Source: an uncultured Gemmatimonadales bacterium
GTDB taxonomy: Bacteria > Gemmatimonadota > Gemmatimonadetes > Gemmatimonadales > JACORV01
Assembly (NCBI GenBank): GCA_963812035.1
Contig: CAWETG010000006.1
Location: 90,337-154,336 of the forward strand
Length of the DNA: 64,000 nucleotides
Direction: 5' to 3'
A program made the translations under genes and the position numbers. Positions within the stretch are counted from its first letter, which is position 1. Every line of letters starts with the position of its first letter. Below are positions 55,558-64,000 of this stretch, in pieces. The notes below the pieces were generated by a model, which did not search any database, was not told where the DNA came from, and worked only from the letters and a program-made list of their open reading frames with translations.

Positions 55558-56496
55558 ATGCCAGACGAGAAGATCGAGCCCCGCGCGGCGGAAGCCGCGC
55601 CCAGCCCGCCCCCGCAGTCGGTTGACGGTCCGGCGCCGGCCGTGCCCGCGCCAGGCGCTTTGGTGTCCGAGCCGGCTGTGACCGCCACGCCGGCGCCGGC
55701 CGCCGCTGTCGAGGGCGAGTCTGTCGGAGCGGTGGCCAGGCCCGCGGTCGACGCTGAGGCGAGGGCGCCCGAACCCGTGGCGTCGGCGGCGGCGCCAGCC
55801 GGACGTTCGGAAGCACCCACCACCGTGGCGCGCCCGTTCGTTCGCCGTCACCATTGGATTGTGCGGCTCACGCACTGGGTGAGCGCGGTGGTGCTCGTCG
55901 GGATGATGGCGAGCGGGCTCCAGATCTACAACGCGTACGAGCGCTTCGGCATCCGCGGCACCAGGCTGCCGCTGCCCAATCCGCTGGACATGCACCCGGT
56001 CCCGCGGTGGGCGCGGCTCGGCGGGTGGCTGGGGGGCGGGCTCAGCTGGCACTTCTTCCTGATGTGGCCGCTGGTGCTGAACGGGTTGCTGTACGTGGGC
56101 TACCTGCTGCTCTCGGGCGAATGGAAGCCGCTGCTGTTCCGGCCGCGCGACATCGGCCCGGCGATCGCGATGCAGCAGTACTACCTGCACCTCCGGAAGC
56201 AGCACCCGCCTCAGGGGAAGCACAACGCGCTCCAGAAGGGTGCCTACAGCTTCATCGTCGTCCTGGGGATGCTGTCGGTGTTGACCGGACTCTCGCTCTG
56301 GAAGCCGGTCCAGCTGTCCTGGCTCACCGCGCTATTCGGCGGCTACGAGCTGGCGCGCTACTGGCACTTCGTCGCGGTGTGGCTGTTCGCCGCGTTCATC
56401 GTCGTGCACGTCATCCTGGTCTTCGTGGTCGATCCGGCCTCGCTGCGCGCGATGATCACGGGCTGGTATCGCGGGAGGTTTCCGAGCCATGACTGA
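55558..56496 (+). CDS. Cytochrome b/b6-domain membrane protein
   Basis: RLTHW, SGLQIYNA, WHF, HNALQKGAY, RYWHF, VHV; Ala/Pro-rich N-terminus, start uncertain. Confidence 0.85.
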   Translation: MPDEKIEPRAAEAAPSPPPQSVDGPAPAVPAPGALVSEPAVTATPAPAAAVEGESVGAVARPAVDAEARAPEPVASAAAPAGRSEAPTTVARPFVRRHHWIVRLTHWVSAVVLVGMMASGLQIYNAYERFGIRGTRLPLPNPLDMHPVPRWARLGGWLGGGLSWHFFLMWPLVLNGLLYVGYLLLSGEWKPLLFRPRDIGPAIAMQQYYLHLRKQHPPQGKHNALQKGAYSFIVVLGMLSVLTGLSLWKPVQLSWLTALFGGYELARYWHFVAVWLFAAFIVVHVILVFVVDPASLRAMITGWYRGRFPSHD

Positions 56497-57202
56497 ACTC
56501 GACCGGCGGCGATTCCTCCTGGGGGCGGCGGCCGCGGGCGCCTCGGCGCTCGGCACCGCCTGCGGCTGGGACGACGGCCGGGCGCTGCGGCCACGGCTGA
56601 TGGCGTGGTCGAGCGTCAATGACTGGGTGAGCGCGCGGCTCTTCTCGGCCACGCGGCGGGTGCGGGAGTATCCGCTGGCCCGGCGCACCCCAAACGCCGA
56701 CTTCCCGAGCTACTACGTCAGCGACAACGTGCCGGCGCTGACCGACCCCGCGCGGTGGCGGCTCCGGGTCGGCGGGCTGGTGCGGAAGCCGGCCGACCTG
56801 TCGCTCGACCGGATCGTCGCGCTGCCACGCGTCTCGTACACCGTGAAGCACCACTGCGTCGAGGGTTGGACGGCGATTGCGACCTGGGCGGGCGTTCCGT
56901 TCCACGTGGTGGCGGAGCTGGTGGAGCCGCTGCCCTCCGCTCGCTACGTGAACTTCCGCTCGTTCGACAGCGGGTACAGTAACGGCTGGGACCTGCCCTC
57001 GGCGATGCATCCGCAGACGATCCTGGCCTACGCCTACAACGACCGGCCGCTGATGCCTGACCACGGCGCGCCGCTCCGGCTCTACTCGCCCACCAAGCTG
57101 GGTTACAAGAACACCAAGTACCTGCTCGGCGTGGAGTTCACGGACACGAAGCCCGGCGGGTACTGGGAGGACCAGGGGTATCCGTGGTTCGGGGGGCTCT
57201 AG
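56489..57202 (+). CDS. Molybdopterin oxidoreductase (sulfite oxidase/MsrP family), Tat signal
   Basis: DRRRFL; HHCVEGW; HGAPLRL; KLGYKNTK; GGYWEDQGY. Confidence 0.9.
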   Translation: MTELDRRRFLLGAAAAGASALGTACGWDDGRALRPRLMAWSSVNDWVSARLFSATRRVREYPLARRTPNADFPSYYVSDNVPALTDPARWRLRVGGLVRKPADLSLDRIVALPRVSYTVKHHCVEGWTAIATWAGVPFHVVAELVEPLPSARYVNFRSFDSGYSNGWDLPSAMHPQTILAYAYNDRPLMPDHGAPLRLYSPTKLGYKNTKYLLGVEFTDTKPGGYWEDQGYPWFGGL

Positions 57203-57320
57203 AACAGTTGGCGGGTGGTGGGTTGCAGGTGGCGGCTGAGACTGCGCGCCACTGCGCGTCTTGACCCTGCTGACCAGTTTCAGCTTCCTACCACTGCAAC
57301 CCTGCAACTCTGCAATTCTT
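57203..57320. repeat. Imperfect inverted repeat built of about 8-bp CTGCAACY units
   Basis: GGTTGCAG-type units on the left; CTGCAACC-CTGCAACT-CTGCAATT on the right. Confidence 0.55.
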
Positions 57321-57337
57321 CCAGTACTTTCATTCGC

Positions 57338-58117
57338 ATGTCACGGATATCCGGCAAGCTCGCCCTCATCACCGGTGCCAGCTCCGGCATCGGTCTCTCG
57401 TGCGCCCGCCGCTTTGCGGCCGACGGCGCGACCCTCGTCCTGTGGGCGCGCCGGCGGGACCGGCTCGAGCAAGCAGCCGCCGAGCTGGAGCGGGCGCACG
57501 GCGTGTCGGTGCGCGTGGCCGCGGTGGACGTGCGCGACCGTGCGGCCGTGAATGGCGCGGCCGAGGCGCTCGCGGCGGCGGGCGCGGTGCCGGACATCCT
57601 GCTCAACAACGCGGGTCTCGCCGCCGGATTCGCCAAACTCCAGGAGGGCGATCCGGACGACTGGGACAGGATGATCGACACCAACCTCAAGGGCCTGCTG
57701 AACGTGTCGCGCGCCCTGCTCCCGCTGATGGTCAAGCGCGGCACCGGTCACGTCGTGAATATCGGGAGCACGGCCGGCCATCAGGTCTATCAGGGCGGGA
57801 ACGTCTACAACGCCACCAAATTCGGCGTGAAGGCGCTCACCGAGGGAATGAATCTGGACGTGGCGGGAACCCGGGTCCGGGTCTCGGGCGTGGACCCGGG
57901 GCACGTGGAGACGGAGTTCGCTCTGGTGCGCTTCCACGGCGACGCCGGGCGGGCGAAGCAGGTGTACGACGGGTTCCGGCCGCTATCGCCCGACGACGTG
58001 GCCGACGCGGTGGCCTACGTGGTCAACGTGCCCGAGCACGTCAACGTCCTGGATCTCATCATCATGCCGGCGGCACAACGGAGCGTGCACCTGATAGACA
58101 AAGACACGGGGAGGTGA
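57338..58117 (+). CDS. SDR oxidoreductase (YdfG-like)
   Basis: TGASSGIG, NNAG, YNATK, PGHVETEF. Confidence 0.92.
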   Translation: MSRISGKLALITGASSGIGLSCARRFAADGATLVLWARRRDRLEQAAAELERAHGVSVRVAAVDVRDRAAVNGAAEALAAAGAVPDILLNNAGLAAGFAKLQEGDPDDWDRMIDTNLKGLLNVSRALLPLMVKRGTGHVVNIGSTAGHQVYQGGNVYNATKFGVKALTEGMNLDVAGTRVRVSGVDPGHVETEFALVRFHGDAGRAKQVYDGFRPLSPDDVADAVAYVVNVPEHVNVLDLIIMPAAQRSVHLIDKDTGR

Positions 58118-58208
58118 TGGAGTGATGGAGGTGATGATGTGATGAGGTGATCGTCGAGCGTCATCACCTCATCACCCCCATCACTTCATCACATCATCAC
58201 TTCCCCGT
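58106..58208. repeat. Palindrome of 5+5 tandem approximately 8-bp units (xxGTGATG / CATCACxx) between convergent genes
   Basis: Directly visible; arms separated by an 11-nt spacer. Confidence 0.85.
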
Positions 58209-58215
58209 CGGGTCG

Positions 58216-58854
58216 TCACTTCCCTGTCTGTACGTACGCCTTGGTAATAATCACCGGATCCACCGGCAGCTCGGGATATTGCCCGTGCCCGGTAATCGGG
58301 ACCAGTGAGATCTTGCCTACGACGTCCATCCCTTCCGTGACGCGCCCGAACACGGCGTAGCCCCAGCCGTCGGGGGTCTGGGACCTGAAGTCGAGCATCG
58401 GGTTGTTCACGACGTCGATGTAGAACTGCACGCCGCCGCTTTGCGGGTCGTAGGTCCGGGCGAGGGCCACCGCGCCGCGCACGTTCTTGAGCCCGTTGTC
58501 CGCTTCGTTGGGCACGGGGGGTGCGCTCGAGAGCTTCTCCATCCCGGCCGCGGTGAGCACGCCCGCCTGGATCACGAAGTTCTTGACCACGCGGTGGAAC
58601 ACCAGGCCATCGTAGAAGTGCGCGTTGACGTGCGCGAGGATGTTCTCCACCGTGCGCGGCGCCGCCTTGCGGTTGAGCTGCATCACGATCCGCCCCATGG
58701 TCGTCTCGAGCACCACCACCGGAAGCGAGTCGTTCTGCCCGGGCTGAGCGGTGGCGGCCGCGCCGGCCGCGCCTGCGGCCTCCTGCTTGGGCTTCTGACA
58801 GGCGACCGCGAGCAGGCCGGCCGCGATGAGTGCGATGCAATGCCGTGTCTTCAC
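58216..58854 (-). CDS. Cyclophilin-type peptidyl-prolyl isomerase, lipoprotein
   Basis: Lipobox AVAC; FYDGLVFHRVVKNFVIQAG; GYAVFGRV. Confidence 0.92.
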   Translation of the reverse strand: MKTRHCIALIAAGLLAVACQKPKQEAAGAAGAAATAQPGQNDSLPVVVLETTMGRIVMQLNRKAAPRTVENILAHVNAHFYDGLVFHRVVKNFVIQAGVLTAAGMEKLSSAPPVPNEADNGLKNVRGAVALARTYDPQSGGVQFYIDVVNNPMLDFRSQTPDGWGYAVFGRVTEGMDVVGKISLVPITGHGQYPELPVDPVIITKAYVQTGK

Positions 58855-59091
58855 CACTCCCCTCCTCGTGCTGCGGGTCACTGTTCCGCCGGTGCGCTGC
58901 GTCGCCTGGTTCTCGTGCTTCGTCCGCTCTGCCCGCTGGCCTCCGGAGCGCAGCCCGGGGCAAGCCGATGACACCGCTTGCCCGTCAGGACATAATACAG
59001 GCCCGCGGCGGCCGCGCCAGCAACCGGCCGGCTCGCGCAGACACGGGAGAGGCGCCATGCAGACCAGCTCCGGAGCCGGGATGACGGGCGT

Positions 59092-59856
<765 letters not shown>

Positions 59857-59861
59857 GCCGC

Positions 59862-60665
59862 ATGCGCCTCCGCCGCGTCGCCGCCATCGTGCTCCGCCAC
59901 TTCTACCTGATCCGCGGCAGCCTGTCGCGCGTCGTGCCGCTGTTCGTGTGGGTCGCCATCGACATGGTGCTGTGGGGGTTCATCACCCGCTATCTCTCGA
60001 CCGGCACCAGCTTCCGTTTCAGCCTGGTCACCACGCTGCTCGGAGCCGTGCTGCTGTGGGACTTCCAGGCCCGGGTCATGCAGGGCGTGACCATGGCGTT
60101 CTTCGAGGACGTGTGGTCACGCAACTTCCTCAACGTCTTCGCCTCGCCGCTCCGGCTCTCGGAGTATCTCGGGGGCCTCGTGCTGTCGAGCATCGCGACC
60201 AGCGCCGTTGGCCTCGCGGTGATGCTGCTGGTGGCGACCGCCGCGTTCGGGCTGTCGTTCGCGGCCTACGGGCTGCTGCTCGCCCCCTTCCTCCTCCTGC
60301 TGTTCCTCTTCGGCATCGCGCTCGGCATCGCCGGCACCGCCCTGGTGCTGCGACTCGGACCGTCGGCGGAGTGGTTCATCTGGCCGATCCCGGCGGTGCT
60401 CGCCCCGTTCGCCTGCGTGTTCTATCCGCTCGCGACCCTGCCCGTGTGGATGCGGCCCCTCGCTCGCGTGCTTCCGCCGGCGTACGTGTTCGAAGGGATG
60501 CGGGCGGTGGTGGCCGGCGGCGCGGCCCCGGTCGCGCCGTTGGCCTGGGGCTCGCTCCTCGCGGCGCTCTACATCCTGCTGGCCTGCTGGATCTTCCGGA
60601 GCGTCCACCGCTACGCGGTGCGCACCGGCCTGGTGGCCCGGTACAGCGCCGAAACCGTGAGCTAG
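59862..60665 (+). CDS. ABC-2 type transporter permease
   Basis: About six hydrophobic segments; FYPLATLPVWM; adjacent to the ATPase. Confidence 0.9.
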   Translation: MRLRRVAAIVLRHFYLIRGSLSRVVPLFVWVAIDMVLWGFITRYLSTGTSFRFSLVTTLLGAVLLWDFQARVMQGVTMAFFEDVWSRNFLNVFASPLRLSEYLGGLVLSSIATSAVGLAVMLLVATAAFGLSFAAYGLLLAPFLLLLFLFGIALGIAGTALVLRLGPSAEWFIWPIPAVLAPFACVFYPLATLPVWMRPLARVLPPAYVFEGMRAVVAGGAAPVAPLAWGSLLAALYILLACWIFRSVHRYAVRTGLVARYSAETVS

Positions 60666-60748
60666 GGCTGCGCTCGAACGCGCACCGGGGAGCCGGCCCG
60701 CGGTTCCCGGGATCCGCTCCTCGGGGAAACATCGAAGCAGGAGGCATC

Positions 60749-61312
60749 ATGCCTCGCCTGATCGTGTTCAATCACGTGTCCGTGGACGGCTACTTCGTAG
60801 ATGCCAAGGGCGACATGAGCTTCGCCCGCAAGGACAGCACGGACGCGGAGTGGAGTGCCTTCGTGGCGGAGAATGCCGCCGGCGGCGGCGTGCTCCTGTT
60901 CGGCCGGGTCACCTACGACCTCATGCGGAGCTACTGGCCCACCCCGCAGGCGCTCGCCAACGATCCCGTCGTGGCCGAGCGGATGAACGGCCGGCCGAAG
61001 GTGGTGTTCTCACGCACGCTGGACACGGCGACGTGGGCGAATACGCGGCTGGTGAAGGGCGACCCGGCGGCGGAAGTGCGGAGGATGAAGAACGAGCCGG
61101 GACCGGGCATGGCGATCCTGGGCAGCGGCACCATAGTCTCCCAGCTGGCGGCCGAAGGGCTGATCGACGAATTCCAGATCGTGGTGAATCCGGTGGTGCT
61201 GGGCGGCGGGCGGACGCTGTTCGAGGGCGTCCGGGAGCGGCTGGCCCTCCGGTTGACGCGGACGCGCACCTTCGGCAACGGGAACGTAATGCTGTGCTAC
61301 CAGCCCGTGTAG
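60749..61312 (+). CDS. Dihydrofolate reductase / RibD C-terminal family protein
   Basis: VSVDGY, LLFGRVTY, KVVFSRTL, GLIDEF...PVVLGGG. Confidence 0.92.
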   Translation: MPRLIVFNHVSVDGYFVDAKGDMSFARKDSTDAEWSAFVAENAAGGGVLLFGRVTYDLMRSYWPTPQALANDPVVAERMNGRPKVVFSRTLDTATWANTRLVKGDPAAEVRRMKNEPGPGMAILGSGTIVSQLAAEGLIDEFQIVVNPVVLGGGRTLFEGVRERLALRLTRTRTFGNGNVMLCYQPV

Positions 61313-61382
61313 GTGGAACTCCGCGCCTGCATCATGGTAAATTGAATGCTTCCCGACAACACGTCGTCTTCGTGAGGTCTCC

Positions 61383-62564
61383 GTGACTCAGCAGCTCGTT
61401 CGTACCGTGACCGGCGTTCGCGTCGCCGCGCTCGCCGCGGCAGCACTGGTTGTCGTTGCCGGCTGCCGGAAGAGCGGCGGCTCCGGCGGGTTTCCGCCGG
61501 CTGAGGTGACGGTGGACCTGGTGCGGCCGCGGAGCATCCAGGAGCCCTTCGACTTCCCGGGCCAGGTCGCGGCGTACCGGCACGTGGAGGTGCGGGCGCG
61601 GGTCGCGGGGATCATCGAGGCGCGGCCGTTCACCGAGGGCTCGCTCGTGGAGCCGGGCCAGCTCCTCTACCAGCTCGATACGACGCTGTACGACGCGGCG
61701 TACCGGAGCGCGCAGGCGCGCTTCAACAACGCCAAGCGGACGTACGAACGCACGGCACCACTGCTGGCCCAGCACGCGGTCGCGCAGCAGGACGTGGACA
61801 ACGCGCGCTTCGACTACGATGCGGCCCAGGCGGCGCTCGACGAGGCGAAGAAGGACCTCTCCGACACGCGGGTGGTGGCCGAGGTCCCGGGCCGAGTGGG
61901 CCAGACCCTGCTCGACGTGGGAGCGCGCGTGACGGGTCCGGCGGACCTGCTCACGACGATCGACCGCCTCGACCCCGTCTACGTGACCTTCCAGCCCTCC
62001 TCGCAGCAGCTGCTAGTGTGGCGGGAGAACCCGCGCTGGCGCTCGCTGATCGCGGCGGGGAGCCGGCTCGTGGTGCAGGTGATCCTGCCCGACAGCACGG
62101 TGCTGCCGCGGACGGGGCGCCTGGACTTCGTGGCGCCGGCGCTGGATTCGGCCACCGGCACGGAGGAGTTCCGGGCGGTGTTCCAGAACCCGGATCTGCT
62201 GCTGGTGCCCGGCGAGTTCGTGACGGCCCGGCTGCTGGGCTTCGTGCGCGACAGCGCGATGGCCGTGCCCGAGCGCGCCGTCCAGACGGCGCTGGGGCGC
62301 CAGTTCGTGTACGTGGTGGGGTCGGGGAACGTCGCCCAGGTCCGTGACGTCACGGTGGGCCCGTGGTCCGGCGGCCAGTGGATCATCAACCAGGGGCTGC
62401 AGCCGGGGGATCGCGTCGTCGTGGACGGCGTGCTGAAGGTGGTGCCCGGGCGCCCGGTGAAGCCGGTGCCGCTGGGGGACAGCACGGCGGCGCCGGGCGC
62501 GGCCGGGACGCCCGGGGCGCACACTGCGCCCGGGACACGCGGGGCACCAGGGGCGGGCCGGTGA
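61383..62564 (+). CDS. RND efflux periplasmic adaptor (MFP)
   Basis: Lipobox VAGC; VEVRARVAGII; GLQPGDRVVVDG. Confidence 0.93.
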   Translation: MTQQLVRTVTGVRVAALAAAALVVVAGCRKSGGSGGFPPAEVTVDLVRPRSIQEPFDFPGQVAAYRHVEVRARVAGIIEARPFTEGSLVEPGQLLYQLDTTLYDAAYRSAQARFNNAKRTYERTAPLLAQHAVAQQDVDNARFDYDAAQAALDEAKKDLSDTRVVAEVPGRVGQTLLDVGARVTGPADLLTTIDRLDPVYVTFQPSSQQLLVWRENPRWRSLIAAGSRLVVQVILPDSTVLPRTGRLDFVAPALDSATGTEEFRAVFQNPDLLLVPGEFVTARLLGFVRDSAMAVPERAVQTALGRQFVYVVGSGNVAQVRDVTVGPWSGGQWIINQGLQPGDRVVVDGVLKVVPGRPVKPVPLGDSTAAPGAAGTPGAHTAPGTRGAPGAGR

Positions 62565-64000
62565 GCGCGCCAGCCTCGGAGCAGTACCAGCCCAAGTACT
62601 ACTTCCTCCGCCGGCCGGTGCTGGCGGGGGTGATTTCGTTGATCATCACCCTCATGGGCGCGCTGGCGATTCGGCTGCTGCCGATCGCCCGCTACCCGCA
62701 GATCACCCCCCCGGCCGTCGTGGTGACCGCCGTGTACCCCGGCGCCACGGCCCAGGACGTCGCCGAGGCGGTGGCGGCGCCGATCGAGGAGCAGCTCTCG
62801 GGCCTCCAGGGGATGCTGTACTACACGTCGTCGAACGCGAGCGACGGGACGATGACGCTCACCATCTACTTCGACGTCAACCGCAACCAAGACCTGGCGG
62901 CGGTGGACGTGCAGAACGCGGTCCAGCTCGCGGAGCCGCAGCTCCCGGCGGCGGTGCGCCAGATCGGGGTCAGCATCGTCAAGGCGAACACGGACATCCT
63001 GGGTGGGGTGGCCCTGTCGTCGGACGATCCCCGCTACGACGCGGCCTATCTGACCAACTACATGCACCTGTACATCGAGGACGAGCTGAAGAGCGTGCCG
63101 GGGATCGGCAACGCGACCACCTTCGGCGGCCTCCAGTTCTCGATGCTGATCCAGCTCAACCCCGACAAGATGGCGCGGCTGGGCGTCACGGTGAGCGACG
63201 TGGCGAACGCGGTGGAGCAGCAGAACGCGACCAACCCCGCGGGGCGGCTGGGGGACGAGCCGGCGCCTCCCGGTACCCAGCTCACCATCCCGGTGACGAC
63301 GGTCGGGCGGCTGACGACGCCGGAGCAGTTCAACGACATCGTGATCCGGGCGGCGCCCGACGGCTCGCTGATCCACGTCCGCGACGTGGGCCAGGCTGTC
63401 CTGGGCTCGCAGGACTACGACGCGGAGGGGCGCGTCAACGGCAAGCCCACGGCGATGGCGCTCCTCTACCTGCGCCCGGGCTCCAACGCGCTGCGAGCCC
63501 GTGACGCAGTGGCCGCGCGCATGGCGCAGCTCTCCAAGAGCCTGCCGTCGGGCATGAAGTTGAGCATCCCGTTCGACACCACCCCGTTCGTCGTGGTGTC
63601 GATCCAGGAGGTGGTGATCACGCTCCTCGAGGCGCTCGTCCTGGTCGGCCTGGTCGTATTCCTGTTCCTGCAGAGCTGGCGCGCGACGCTGATCCCGATG
63701 CTGGCCGTCCCGGTCAGCGTGATCGGCACCTTCCTCGGCCTCGACGTGCTGGGGATGTCCATCAACGTGCTGACGCTCTTCGCCCTGGTGCTGGCTATCG
63801 GGATCGTGGTGGACGACGCCATCGTGGTGATCGAGAACGTCGAGCGCATCATGGCCACGGAGAACGTGTCGGCGCGTGTGGCCGCCGACCGCGGGATTCA
63901 GCAGGTGGCGCCGGCCCTGGTGGCGATCGTGCTCTCGCTGGTGGCGGTGTTCGTGCCGGTGGCGTTCACCGGCGGCGTCACCGGGGCCCTGTTCCAGCAG
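62561..64000 (+). CDS. RND efflux permease (AcrB-like), partial, runs off the window
   Basis: FLRRPVLAGVIS, YPQITPP, LAIGIVVDDAIVVIENVER. Confidence 0.95.
   Translation, partial: MSAPASEQYQPKYYFLRRPVLAGVISLIITLMGALAIRLLPIARYPQITPPAVVVTAVYPGATAQDVAEAVAAPIEEQLSGLQGMLYYTSSNASDGTMTLTIYFDVNRNQDLAAVDVQNAVQLAEPQLPAAVRQIGVSIVKANTDILGGVALSSDDPRYDAAYLTNYMHLYIEDELKSVPGIGNATTFGGLQFSMLIQLNPDKMARLGVTVSDVANAVEQQNATNPAGRLGDEPAPPGTQLTIPVTTVGRLTTPEQFNDIVIRAAPDGSLIHVRDVGQAVLGSQDYDAEGRVNGKPTAMALLYLRPGSNALRARDAVAARMAQLSKSLPSGMKLSIPFDTTPFVVVSIQEVVITLLEALVLVGLVVFLFLQSWRATLIPMLAVPVSVIGTFLGLDVLGMSINVLTLFALVLAIGIVVDDAIVVIENVERIMATENVSARVAADRGIQQVAPALVAIVLSLVAVFVPVAFTGGVTGALFQQ

Noticed and set aside
58106..58208. CRISPR array
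   Set aside because: Units are 8-9 bp with no spacers; no cas genes in the window

Overview
GC-rich bacterial chromosome segment. The gene content (Ser/Thr kinase-TPR, DUF2911, integrase type) suggests Gemmatimonadota, which is an inference. Bases 1-10985 are the right part of an integrative island bounded by a tRNA-Ile(GAT) 3' fragment (att site). The island carries a tyrosine integrase, three HTH/excisionase-like genes and a fused restriction-methylase. It also holds a decaying defence-like cluster: an unannotated C-terminal remnant resembling a SAVED cyclic-nucleotide sensor, a catalytically altered MfnB-like TIM barrel, and a 474-aa nucleoside-deoxyribosyltransferase (NDT)-fold protein split by an IS3. 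The rest is mostly core or accessory genes. These include an IS110 whose bridge RNA guides can be read against its own target and donor sites, an IS630, and a full kdp locus with two micro-ORFs and a porin. They also include a MarR-Pal-ClC operon, a pgm-HAD-glgP-ackA-xfp-H+-ATPase operon, redox genes, ABC and RND transporters, and 8-bp-period palindromic repeats. No CRISPR array, rRNA or intact tRNA was seen. All calls come from reading motifs by eye; no database searches were run.
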